Positions 40,473 to 52,969 of a stretch of 64,000 bases of DNA are shown one piece after another. The stretch is from Tubulanus polymorphus (taxonomy: Eukaryota; Animalia; Nemertea). The stretch lies in assembly GCF_964204645.1 (NCBI RefSeq), contig NC_134025.1:9734001-9798000 (forward strand), given 5' to 3'. Position 1 is the first letter of the stretch. Each line of letters starts with the position of its first letter. Made by a program: the position numbers and the translations under genes. A model generated the notes under the pieces. It saw nothing but the letters and a program-made list of their open reading frames with translations, ran no database searches and was not told where the DNA came from.

Positions 40473-41465
40473 ATGATTCGATTATTAGTTATTGCGTGCG
40501 TTCTTGGTAAGTTTTGAAAATCTGGAAATTTTGGGAAAACATGGTAAATAAAATGAATTTAATATACGTAGCCAGAAGCCGCACATCCTTTTAGAAATAC
40601 AGTGTTTTAAACCTTTTACCGTTTATAACTTCGGAAGCGCTTCAAATTTAGGCCATTATTCATTGAGATGTATTCGATATATAAGCCTATAGGTATTGAA
40701 TAGAATTAAGCGGTATGATTAGAATTGTCAAATTACATTTAAGTTGAAATATCATGTAAATATATATTGGTATATAGTGCATATATTTGAGAAAATTGCT
40801 TTATTGCACTTGAGTTTCGTTCAAACAAGTAATTTGTGGGAATCGTTTATTTTTCTCTTCTGAATATTCATTTTACAGTTGCTTTATGCATCAACACGAG
40901 TACTGCTACGGATCCGTGTGCGGTAGGTATATTGTGTCGGGTTACTACTATTAAACAATTGATCATTTCTTTTGAATTAATTCAGATGTGAAACAGTGGC
41001 TCCATGCATGATCAAAACGTAATGAATATGAATATCTATTTTCAAATATATATTTGATTGCAGTCACTACAGGCCGCTCACCCAACGTGGACTTGCACTG
41101 CAAATGGCAACAGTTGTAGTTGCGCAAGTCCTACTGTCGACCCTTGTAAGGTAATGTCAATGAATATATAGGTCTTTATTGATGAAAATATATTACTCTT
41201 TTATACTATATTCTATTTAAGTCACTACAAGAAGCTCATCCAACCTGGACATGCACAGCAAGTGGCAACAGTTGTAGCTGTCAAAGTCCTACTGTCGATC
41301 CTTGTGAAGTAAATATTTAATGGAATTATGACTAACATGCAAAATTCGATTTTCTCTGACATGCCATTAATATTTCAAATATTGTAATTTCAGTCATTAC
41401 AGGCTGCTCACCCAAATTTAGTATGCACCCCAAGTGGCAACAGTTGTAGCTGTCAAAGTCCATAG
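40473..41465 (+). CDS. Secreted cysteine-rich repeat peptide, 107 aa, 5 coding exons (40473-40506, 40879-40922, 41064-41150, 41222-41308, 41394-41465)
   Basis: Canonical phase-compatible splice sites give MIRLLVIACVLVALCINTSTATDPCASLQAAHPTWTCTANGNSCSCASPTVDPCKSLQEAHPTWTCTASGNSCSCQSPTVDPCESLQAAHPNLVCTPSGNSCSCQSP*; AATAAA near 41646. Confidence 0.85.
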
Positions 41466-42460
41466 TTCTGGTATATATTAACATCTAACAATAAAAATAT
41501 ATATTTGAAACTGATATATTAACCGTAGTTGAATGAACCTCTTTCACTCACCAATGCTCTTTATTCCTTACAGTAACAATACGTGAAGAAAATGTTAGAT
41601 TAACGATACTTTGGTTTATTCGTTTATTCACTGATACTTTGACGTAATAAACATTGAAATAACGTTTCTCTTGAATTCTGAGACTTTTTCTTTTTATTTG
41701 TGGTATTGATAAAATCTTTCATCAAACGGTTCTGTAGCTGTGTGTATCTTTTCTTGGAGTGATAGGTATCTAATTATTCAACAAGATCGTCGATGTTACA
41801 GCATGGGCGGAATTTGGCTGCCTTCTTAATTCGAAAAGGGCAATGATTTGTCGCAACGTGACGATCCATGCCAAGCTAGCGTCGATACACGGGTCTCCAA
41901 TACCATAGCGGTCATCAATCATATGTCCCGCATTCATTTGTCAGGTCTTCCATAAATAATTGAGAGCATTAAAAAACGTAAAAATACTTTATTCTGGAAA
42001 ATGCGCTTAATCAATTCAATCGCATGATTAATGGATCATTAGGAACTTATTATTCTATTCAACCGAATTATTCGGTTTTGCAGACATCATATTTCCATAA
42101 TCCTCCATGATTCATAAAAGGTTCGGTAATGTACCCGCTATTACACCGAAACGGATCCATTTATTTGAGAGCGTATGGAAGATATTCGAAATTGTGAGGA
42201 GAAAAAATGTTTTCATGCATAAGTGGTGAAGAATTCTTGTTCCAAAGCTCGATAATCCTAACATTATCGGTTGTAACCAAATCATCGAACTTCTAGAATT
42301 GAAAGATATACTTTTGATGCTAGTATAGCAAACTAAAGCACATGACGCAGGGAAACGCGGAAACAAGAGACCGAAACAAATGTTTCCAAACATCTTCGGG
42401 AAACAGTGTTTCCGAGATCAAACTAAACACGTGTTGCCGTGTACATTTGCTGGACAAGAA

Positions 42461-42603
42461 ATAAAGTGCGAATTATTAATATTTTTTTCTATATCGTATG
42501 TACATGTATAACTTTGATACCTCAAACAACTAAGAATAAGGGCATCGCAAAGTTATACATGTACATACGATATAGAAAAAAATATTGATAATTCGCACTT
42601 TAT
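42461..42603. repeat. Fold-back inverted repeat, 56-bp arms, 31-bp spacer
   Basis: 42461-42516 vs 42548-42603 are reverse complements with one mismatch. Confidence 0.9.
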
Positions 42604-43147
42604 CAACTTTTTATGTAATTTTTGGATCCAACCTAGGATCTTTTGATTCTTTTGTAGATTTATTTTTGTATACAAAGGTATAGATACAAGATTTTATGAA
42701 TACATAGTATATCACGGTCAAAAAGCAATAAAATAGAAAAAGGAAAAATACATACAAAATTTACAACAGCTTAATACACAATATACAATGAGAATCAACA
42801 AAAAGATACAAGATTATTTTCACATAAAAATCTATATATACATCCAATATTTACATTTTTACTGATTTCCTTTTATTCGGCATAAATTATCTAAAGTCTA
42901 TCTATATACTGTTTAGAGCAAGGTAATGATGGAATAGGGATGCACGAAAATGATACGACGAATACTTCACGCACATCGTTTAGCATTGGCTATCACCTAT
43001 CACCGAGCCAAAATACAACATAATTTTGCTTCTGATATTGTCCTAATATTGTATTGTATTGACATACATGTTGTATTGTCTTTTTGCTCTAAGCAAATGT
43101 AATTTTGTGAGCGAAAAAAATTTTTATTCTATTTATTTGAACTGCAG

Positions 43148-43219
43148 GCGTTACAGGTTTCTCATCCAACTTGGACATATACTGCACACGGAAACAGTTG
43201 TAGTTGTGCGAGTCGCTAA
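43148..43219 (+). pseudogene. Orphan/paralogous terminal exon of the Cys-rich peptide family
   Basis: ctgcag|ALQVSHPTWTYTAHGNSCSCASR*, then a likely UTR intron (~43233-43311) and AATAAA near 43368; no clear upstream exons. Confidence 0.7.
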
Positions 43220-44984
43220 TTCAGACCTAAGGGTACGTTTGTGAATAAATGCCGATGAATTTTGATGAAGTTGAAAGCTTTTGTTAATGGCAGGATATAT
43301 TTCATTTTCAGGACTCGGAAATGCACGTTAAAAATCCCAAGATTCAAAACTGTAGTAGCTGGGATGGAATAAAATATTATTTTAAATTCACTACGTTCTT
43401 TTTATTGGGATGTGCGGATTGTTGGGGAAACAATAAAAATTTGATTGAATATCAATCAGCTCCCTTGCCTGCATAGACTGTCTGATGAGTGGACCCATCA
43501 AGTGATCCTTGGCTTAAAATCGTTCGACGGCACAAAGCTAACTGGAAAATATCGTCCAGGAATTTTAAAATTCTGAAGTCGAGTTCGCAAGCCCTTTTGT
43601 AGTCAAATAAGACCAAAGATAATCATGTGTTTATGGTCTACGTCCAACATTTCATAGGGTACAGGCAGGCGCGGCAGGAAAACTATTTTATATTTTCAAA
43701 AAAATATTTTTCACAATAAAAAATTTTCATATAAAATTCATATGATGTCACATCAGAGGGTGGCTGAATATTGAGTCTCGGGAACGAAACCTCTTCCAAT
43801 GTATGGCCGCGGAAGCTATACCATATACATGTAGTAGTCTTAGACTGGTTACCGGTCTCTGGGACAGGCAACCAGTCTATAGATGAAATAAGTTGTATAT
43901 TCACAATTTTATCTTAACGTAAAATATCTTATTATTCAATAACAGTGCAAAAATACACATTGAAAACCATTAAAAAATTTATAATAAATTTAAATCGAGT
44001 GACGAAATAAATTTGAATCGAGTGATACCGAATCCAGTGCTCACTTTACGACGGTTCACGAAATCGTTCTGAATTTACACTTCTCGACTACATGAGAAAT
44101 GAATTACGAAGCGCGCGAGTCATTCTGCAGAATTTCCAGAACTTGTCATGAGAAGCGAATTCGCCTCTCAGGGCAGGAGCCTGCCCGGGAGAGGCGAATG
44201 GTTTGAGGCAGTAGACAATGAAAACCCTTCCACTAGATTGAGCTGAAAAGGTGGCTTGTCAAAATTATCAGGAAAAATCAAAACGAACAGAAGTTCCCAT
44301 TTGGAATGTCTATCAACAACTTTATTAAGAAATTTCACATATTTATTGACCGCGACGTTGCGCCGATAGTTCGCGACGCCGTTTCATCTTAATTCCTGCA
44401 AGTTTGACATTTATACTACTCAATCAGACTTACGCCTCTGGGAGCAGGTTTTTGCCCCGAGGAGCGAATTCACCTCTCAAGGCAGGTCTGCAGATTCTTA
44501 AGAATGACCATAGTCCGCGAGAGGCCGAACGCCATTCAAATTATTTCCCATAAGAAAGCGTTTACCATTAAAAAAAAAACCAAAAGCAATGTTATAGAAT
44601 CTGTTTTTATTTAATTCATTCAGCATATAATTGGAGCACAGACTTTTTCGGCAATTTAAGGAATGTTGACTTAAGGAAGACTGCCCGACTCAGCGCGCAA
44701 ATATCTAGTTGAGATAAAATTCCTCGTAGGTGCCCGGGACCCAGTAACTTTCCCACGTTCACCCAGCCAGAATTGCCCAGAAAATACTTCTTCATAAGGA
44801 CTGTTGGAAACCCTGTCTCTTGGAGCAAAATAGTGCTTTTTTAACCCTCTTGTGGGGACATTTCAAACCGGAGGCTTCTTCGCGCAGGAAAATCCGCGCC
44901 CGTATCATGCAACCCTCGGATCTGCAGGAATTTGAGGGCTGGCCCATTTTCAACGTCAAGGGAGGGAAAGCCGATTTTTAATAC

Positions 44985-45449
44985 CGATTACGATTACGAT
45001 TACACACTATTACACATGTATATACAAATATTTACAAAACAACACTAAAATGATTAAAATTTAGAGAATGAAAACGTAACGAAATATATATATACATCAA
45101 CTATTTACAATACTATATATACTATTATATACATCAACTATTTACAATACTATATATACTATTGGAGGGATCTATATACATCTAAGCCGGTCTTAATGAA
45201 TTTAGCTAAGTTGACCGTTGGGTTTTTCAGAATATCAAGGGTATTAAAGGTATTCAAATTCAAAAAGTTTTTGCGTTGTTCTTTAAGTAAGGTACAGTCA
45301 AACAGAAAATGGGATTCGTCACCTAAAGTATTACAAGTGGGGCATATTCTATCGGCTCTGTCTAAATGAAGGTTTGAAAATTTGTTCACAGGTAAAATAT
45401 AGGACCCGACCCTAAATTCAATGATTTTGAACGAGATCGGAAGCGACAC
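44985..45449 (-). mobile_element. 5'-truncated non-LTR retrotransposon 3' end (RTEX/L1-Tx1-type zinc knuckle)
   Basis: FRVGSYILPV...RICPTCNTLGDESHFLFDC = CxxC..DExHFLxxC ORF2 C-terminus; 3' UTR has a ~36-bp duplication and a (taatcg)n tail. Confidence 0.8.
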
Positions 45450-45450
45450 C

Positions 45451-45862
45451 GGACCTCTGACAAGCGAAAATAGGGCGGGCTACAATGCATCCTCGCTTGC
45501 CAGGGGTTCGTATCACTCACTTCCACGAACAGCTTTAGCGTGGTGGGTTCGGATCCCTTGACGGGTGAAGATGGCTACAACGGCGAATTTGAGATTTGAT
45601 TAGCTACGACCACGCCGGGTGAAAACCTTTGCATAAGGTCCAGTTTAACAAAATGGAAGTTTCTTTTTGCGGAGCCAAGCCCAGGGATTAAAGAATAAAT
45701 GAACCACCAGAAGACACGAGAATTGTTTGCCGAGAACCAACCAGGGCAGGGTGCGGGTTGCTTATCTTAAATTGATAAATCGCATAAGGGCCTAGTGAAA
45801 CTCGTAGGCCCTACCCATGGGTAGATTTGGTTAATGATGCGGGAGTTTCAATAGTAGCCAGC
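45451..45862 (+). ncRNA. Structured GC-rich segment; candidate degenerate HDV-like ribozyme / retroelement 5' UTR
   Basis: gca-TCCTCGCT-tgc equals the HDV P3-L3-P3 layout; P1 acctctg/caggggt; long-range gcgggctacaat/atagtagccagc pairing; P1.1 GG is missing. Confidence 0.35.
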
Positions 45863-46233
45863 AGTTTGAATACACAATACACAGAATATTTCATTCCCTG
45901 CCGGGGTCAGTTTCACAATAAACTCCTTAATTGAAGGATTAAGTTAAGCGTTCAATTTCAATTTGCCTGATCAATGATTTTTTGGAGTGAATGATTTTTA
46001 TGAAACTGAACCTATAGGATGTACGTTATCACCTACGTAAGGTTTATCATGTACTTGACGCAGTGTATATATATATATATATATATGAAACTGCTGGCGT
46101 CTGTAATCACAACTGGAACAACAGAGAAAATAAATATTTATTTCAAATAACACGATCACAACAAAAGAAAACTTGTCAATATTTTTAACTTTATCAACTT
46201 TCATTGACTGTGGGACCAAGCCCATTTACAATA

Positions 46234-46814
46234 CAGTCAACCTCGCTTAATAATTCATCGTCGGTTAATTCGTATAATGTACTCCACTTAGCATAAATAT
46301 GAAAGGTTCCGATTTTTTCCTTCGTTAAAAATCGAAACCTTCCCATTTTCATCCGTTAATTCGTAAATAGTTGCCGTATCCATCGGTCCCTTTTCTTAAA
46401 AACAATTGATAATTTACAACGCGTAATTCTCCAGTTGTTCCGGCTGCCTGTAGTGATTGGCAAGCTTATCAAACTTGTCAGTCGAATCTAAAACAATGAA
46501 TGGCCGCGGCACGCGACGTTTGTTCCAATGCCAGTGGAAACACTTTTTAGCTGCTTTTATTTTCATTCGTAGTTTATACGAATTAATAGATAAATCGTTA
46601 ATTCTACGAATTATACATAATTCATAGACAATACGAATTACGTAATCCGTATAATGTCTAATTCGTAGAAAAAACCACGGTCCCACGAGATACGAATTAA
46701 GGTGGTTTATTGTATTATACAAGTTAATACATACATGTCCAGAACAGTTGGGTTCTGAGGTAGAAACAATTTCAAACTACGTACGTTAACCCACGATATT
46801 GCGGGGGTTGACTG
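46234..46814. mobile_element. pogo/Tigger-like MITE
   Basis: TA|cagtcaacctcgc ... gcgggggttgactg|TA. Confidence 0.65.
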
Positions 46815-47549
46815 TATGTAAAATATCTCATGCCCTCGATCCATCTCAGAAAGCTCATCATTAATCTTCAATTTCAATTTTCAGTAAAAATCAAAATTAA
46901 AACCCACTATACAGATTTTAAAAGAATTAAAAGACACAATGTTTTGGAGTCTCTCTAGAGACCATTGTCAGGTGTGAAGAAATAACTAAAACAGGGGTAA
47001 TAGGAAGAAAAAGTTAATGAAAAAATAGAGCGCTGTTAAGAGTTTAGAGTACTGTTGAGAGGTTATGTTATTTTGTGCATGTTGTTCTAGTTATTTCTTC
47101 TAAGTTTAATTTGATTCTGATTCTTGATAAATAAATTATGTGTCTTAAGCTTTTAAAATTGTATATAGCGGGTTTAAATCATCTATATTCTCTATGCCCA
47201 GTTAATGAACAGGCTATTCTACAGCAAAAATGACGTCACAGCATTGTGAGACTAATCAGGGGATGACTCCATTGTTTTTATGGATACATGATTCACAGTC
47301 AATTAAACCATACCAAAAAGAACAACAGTAGGTCCGTACTGGCCGGAACAATATACAAATTTTCATTTGGCTTCTCACATTCTGGAAAGAGAAAAATTAT
47401 ATCAGAAAATAATTGGTGAAATAAATAGAAACTGCAGCATGTTTATGTTTGATTGACAGAAAATTACAATTTTTGGGACTAAAATTTGTATTTCCGAGTA
47501 GTACTTACCCTTTCCTAAGGTTTTTGTCAATATTTTCAAATATTTTTTG

Positions 47550-49400
47550 TCAATATTTTCGTGGGAGGACTGGTGTGGGCGGGAACGCATACGCATGCAT
47601 CCCCGACCAGTCCCGAGAGAAGGCATCGACCCCCCATGCTTCCGCGTCTGGTAACGGGGAAACAAACAGAGGACACCTCCGATTGAACCGGGTGGCAAAC
47701 AGATCCAGCAGCGGATTGCCAAACATGTCTCGAACCCGATTGGCTACTTCTTGGTCAAGCCCACAAACTGGAGCCTCTAACAGGGCTAGTGACACCCCGC
47801 ACCAAAGAGTCGCCCACCAATGAAGATCTGGACTTAGATCGGTTGGAGGTACGGGAATCAAGGTCTCCCAGTTGCCCTTTGGCTGAGACCAGAAGACCTT
47901 CCAATATTGTTGCAAGCGCTTGCTTCTGAGGCGACCTAAGGGCACCACCAGACCCATGGAGCTGATGGAGCCTAGAAGCCGTGACCAGTAACGAGCTGTT
48001 CTCGGGGTTGTGGATACTCCCGCTACAGCTTCTTGAAGTTTGGCTACACACGCCATGGACGGAAAGACTGCTGATTTGGAGATCGAAGTCCATGCCGAGA
48101 TAAGTGAACTGTTGGGCCGGCGTCAACCGAGATTTTTCCCTGTTTACGCGGAACCCTAGCTGATGGACTAAGTCCAAGACTGAGGTCATTGCCTCCCGAC
48201 ATTCTAGAGCCGAGTTCGCGACTATTAACCAGTCATCAAGATAAACGAACAGTCGAACACCCCTGGACTGAAGTACAGTAGACTCCGCATACCTCGGAGT
48301 CATACACCTCGGAATATTGCTTAGCTCAGAACAAATTTAAAATATTTTTCTTAATGCAATTATTTCTCAAATGAAAATCTTCGAGTAGCTCGGAGTTGCA
48401 TAGTCGGAATATCGCATACCTCAGAATGATTTTTTAAATAAATTGAGTCCTAAAATCGTGTACCTTGGAAATTCTGAACATTGTCCCGACAATATTTTTT
48501 CAAAAACGCATCCCTAGCCTACTGCATAACAACTTGAAACAGATTAATCAATACCTTATTCTTGGACGCGACGTGAATCAACATCTGCACAATGTTACCA
48601 CGTGTATTGAATGGATGTAGGTGGAGCTATAGACTTGTCACTGCACATCAAACCCGTGTTTTTAAATTCTCTCAACTGGGAAGGAGGGGCTTTACTTGGT
48701 GCACTACAGTACGATGTTTTGATTGAAAAGATGACAAGTCAAATCTCCTGGGGATATGAGGTTTTGATTGAAACAGGGAAGTGTGACTCATCACACTTCC
48801 CTGATTGAAATAACAATAAAAGCCTGTCAGATATGGTACATATACAATGTTTATTCAACATAGATTAGTATAAGAAGGATAATTTGAGCCCATGTGGACC
48901 TTATATACCTCAGAAATCGCATACCTCAGAAAAAATTTTGCAGTCCAAAGAATTCCGAGGTAAGTGGAGTCTACTTAACCTTCTGAACCGACTTGACCAA
49001 CTTGGTGAAAACCCATGGGCCGTACTGAGGCCAAATGGAAGAGACCTGAAGAGACCTTTATCCTGAGAAATCGCCGAGATTTTGGGTGAATTGGAACCTG
49101 GAAGTAAGCATCTTTCAGGTCCAATGAAGCCGCCCATTGACCCAGACGGAGCCCTAGGGTTTGGTCATCCGTAACCTTGGAATGTCTAGGTGCCGATTGA
49201 GGGATGACAGATCTATCACCGTCTGTTGACCCCCTGTGGCCTTTGGCACCATGAATATTCGAGAAAACCAGCCGGGAGAAGTTTCGTTGCAAACTGGTTC
49301 TAGCGCTCCCTTCTCGGCCAATTCCTTGAGAGCTGGAGAGATTAAGGCCTCCTGACTTGGTTTTGGCCGCATGTCGGGAGGTGACCTCGTCAGGCGCAGT
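47550..49400 (-). pseudogene. DIRS pol (RT / methyltransferase; RNase H largely deleted), split by a MITE
   Basis: Colinear with 56500-58231; jumps from SLALLEAPV to DQEVANRV. Confidence 0.85.
48276..48976. mobile_element. pogo/Tigger-like MITE inserted in DIRS copy A RT
   Basis: TA|cagtagactccgcatacctcgga ... tccgaggtaagtggagtctact; inserted at the TA of aagTAccttctg, which is uninterrupted at ~56060-56070. Confidence 0.85.
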
Positions 49401-49442
49401 TGTGCGTATCCGTAGCCGCCTATGAAAGCGCTGAAAATTGAG

Positions 49443-51296
49443 TTAGTCCTGTTTGCGTCTGTGCCGAACCTTACGCCGCCGGCGTGGGACCCGAACGCTT
49501 TTTCCACGGAGTTCGGACGGTGGACTTGGTCTGGACCTTCGAATCTTAATCAGCTCGGCGGAAACAGGAGCGCACCAACTGGAGAAGAGACGTGAAGACG
49601 TCCCCAATGGAGCTCTCAGCAAAGAATTGGACACCATAACTGGTAGAAGAGCTTTGGAACTGGAGTCCATAACTGACTGACGGGAGGCTAACACAAGATT
49701 AGCCTGACCCTGAACCGACAACGGAATTACATGTGAAACAGACCGAGCCAAAGATTGGATAATCCAGTCCATTCCCTCTAGTTTTAGGGCAACTGACTCT
49801 GGGTCGGAGCCCCCATGAACGGCGGCGAGAGTTTCGCGAAGCTCACCCATCAACACCTTGAAGTGCCATATCCTGAAACGAACCAACCCTGGTAAGATTG
49901 TCCAGGATTGATGTCATGGCCACCAAACCGGACTTAGGCAAACGAATACCCGACTGTGCTGAAACAGTATCCGGGCTGATCAAAGTATAATCAGCATCCA
50001 GGCAGCCATGACTATGATCCACAGCACCTGGAGTTGCATAATACGCCGAGCGAAATGCGCCTATATGTGGATCGGTTGAACTAAAATATTTTCCAGATTT
50101 CATACCCCGTTCTGGAGGGAAATGAAAACGTTCCAGGGCGACATTCACCCCATAATTGCGTATCTAATCGAGCCCATTCTCTTGAAACGGCTGACGATTC
50201 GCGTAAACCATTAAGATCAGAGTCCAGAGGGCGATAAGCTTCCATTGACTCTCCGACCAGAGGAACTGCTGAGGGCTTAGCGCGAGTTGCCCCGTGTTTG
50301 ACAAAAAACTCACTAATCATTGCTCTAAATGGCGTCCCCCGCTGGTTCGGATAAAACTGAACGGGACGGAGATACATTGCGAGCCAGGGAAGTCCCCATT
50401 GCATGGGGCAACCCAAAATTGCTTGCGGCAGGAACGACCCCAGAAGGAATTGCCCCTTCTGGGACCGGATCCTCATTGAAATCAGACCCTACCCCAGCAT
50501 CCAGGAATTCAGAGTCAGAATTCCGAATAACTGAGGGGCTGGCGAACTTCTAACCAGACAATCAGGAATAGGCTTACCTGTTGTAGAAGTTGAAGCGACA
50601 TGTTGCGACGACAATAACAAGTTTAAAATTTTTTCTTCAAATACATGGAAATCATTCTGAGTCAGGAATTTTCCCGTATCCCGACGATCATGACGACTTC
50701 AGTGACGGTCCCTCGAACGGGATCGAGACCTGCCATAAGAATCGACGATGTACGAACCAGAAGTTTAGAACCGGGTGACGTCTGTACTGGACCGGTGCCC
50801 AAACCGGATCGGTGCTGACCGAACCGGTGCCAGCCAGCTCCAGTTCAGAACATATAGTCTGAACCGGACGAACCGGCTGAACCGGTGATTGACCAGTGAC
50901 CGGTGATTGACCGGACACCGGTGCCAGAGAACTAGCGTTCCTCCCCGATGAACGGAGTAGGGAAGCTGACCGTGCAAGTACGATCGGCGACCGCTCCGCT
51001 ATACGATTTGAAATAGAATTAGAGACATTGGTTGGTACATTGGTTGGTACGTTGGTTGGCCGAACCCGACGAATCCCTACTATTAACTCGATGACGATCT
51101 TTCAGCTTCCGAGCCTTACCGCCCCGAATCCAAAGGTCCTCAGACCAAACCTTGCAAGTCTTGCAAGGATTATTCCTAGAACAGATTTGGCCAGATTTAC
51201 GCCTACACGACGCACATGAAACGTGGTCATCCCAGGCACCGAATAAATGTCCACATCCCTCACCGCCACGATGCTGACCTTTAGGAGGGGGGGCAT
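49443..51296 (-). pseudogene. DIRS gag-like ORF1 (frameshifted)
   Basis: N-terminal CGH....DDHVSCASC......C...NPCKTCKVW Cys/His finger typical of DIRS ORF1; fragments continue in several frames. Confidence 0.75.
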
Positions 51297-52831
51297 AATC
51301 ATTCAATTAATCGGTCACAAAAATGAATTAAATTAAATTAGTTAAATTATTTCGGGAAAAATGAAACAAGGGATAGCCCACAAACCGAACAGACTCACCG
51401 TTACGAGAGTGATTACTCCCTTAACTTCCTAATCCCTTTGATTTTTTGGCGAAACGATCCAACGCATTCATATACAAGAACGCTAAGAAAAAAGATGGCG
51501 GATTTCGCGGGTGGCTAAATGCAATACCACAGGGCCGGATCGTATAGAAAAACCATTGGCGATCAATCCAAATTTAGAAAATATTGGCAAAAACCGCAGG
51601 AAAGGGTACAGTACTCGACGGAAATATACTGTAGAGAATGATATATTACTATGTTATTATCAAATTAGAGCAAAACTCACCATTTTTAACTTGTATCGGA
51701 TTAGTTTAGTGCCTTTTGACCATGCTGACTGCAGGATTTCATCTCCAAGAGCCCTAACGTCGTAAAGAGTACTGACAATTTACTGAAAAAAAATAAATAC
51801 ATGTATGATTGAGCTGTACAGTTGTAAAGTTTACCAGGTTAAAAAGCATAGACAAAATTACTTTGTTTCTGATGAATAACAGTAGTAGCTTCAGCAACAA
51901 TAACGAGCTTCCTCATAACATGTATTTGAAGGTGAATATTTTGAATTTTTCCAGCGCAATTTGTGATGGGTGCACTGCATTCTAGAAAGAAGAAAATAAT
52001 TAGTGAAATAAATAGAAAATGCAGCTTGTTCGTGTTCTATGGACTGAAAACCCACCAAGTTTTTGAGTAGTTTATCCCAATGTGTTGAGTGTACACAGAT
52101 TTCTGAGGAGTCTGATGGTAGCTATAGAATGTCCTCTAAAATGAAATGTACGAAAAGCATTATATCTATCTGCTGACATTGACTGATCAAAAACCAAAAA
52201 CATTTTCCTGACTTGATTTATAAAGATACAGTAAACCCCGCATAAGTCGGATCATTTGGGACCAGCAAAAAAATCCGAGTTAGAAAAAATCCGACTATGG
52301 GCAAGTCAGATTTTTCACTTTTTTAGTAAAAGATCCGATATGGCCATAGAAAAACGTCACTGAATGGAATAAAAATGTTATATGAAAATGAATGAAACTC
52401 ACGTGTTTATTTATTTACTATTTCAACATAATATCCTGGTTATGATGAAGCCTATTTTTAACATTTGAAAGAATAGTGTAATTTTATACATGATCAATAA
52501 ATGATCCGACTTTGAGACAACAATTTGAATAGATTTTATATTTTGGGCGAGTTTCCGCCTAGTAAAATCCGACTTTGGGACAGACACATTTACTTGAAAA
52601 TAAGAAGAAAATTATAATTTTTGGAACTAAAATTTGTATTTCCGAGTAGTACTTACCCTTTCCTATGGTTTTTGCCAATATTTTCTAAATTTGGATTTAT
52701 CGCCAATGGTTTTTCTATACGACCCGGCCCTGCGGTATTGCATTTAGCCACCGGCGAAATCCGCCATCTTTTTACGTCATAGCAGACCAAAAAAAAAAAA
52801 CAGCTATGCGGGGCAGGTGGGCGGGATTCCC

Positions 52832-52931
52832 ACCATAGGAAAGGGTAAGTACTACTCGGAAATACAAATTTTAGTTCCAAAAATTGTAATATTTCCGTCG
52901 AGTACTGTACCCTTTCCTATGGTTTTTGCTA
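52832..52931 (-). other. DIRS internal complementary region (ICR)
   Basis: Plus strand reads right-extension end (...ccaaaaattgtaat) fused to left-ITR start (atttccgtcgagtac...), i.e. the circle-junction template. Confidence 0.88.
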
Positions 52932-52969
52932 GACTAGCCTAGCACAAGGATGGTGGGAAAGGTAGATAG

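Larger units (their letters stand above)
47459..51625 (-). mobile_element. DIRS1-type retrotransposon copy A (defective; recombinase and ICR deleted)
   Basis: Left ITR ~51490-51625, gag relics, RT (LDLKDAYFQ, YLDDWL), methyltransferase motifs (DLFA..N, DAF..DW, YAFPP), truncated right ITR plus extension 47459-47541; several frameshifts. Confidence 0.92.

Noticed and set aside
43482-43540. ctgatgag hammerhead core
   Set aside because: No stem II followed by GAAA
43650-44980. Possible DNA-transposon relic with repeated gcgaattcRcctctca..gcagg blocks (~44155, ~44464)
   Set aside because: Could not define termini, TSD or coding sequence
45540-45560. B-box-like gggttcggatccc as a tRNA gene
   Set aside because: No cloverleaf and no properly spaced A-box
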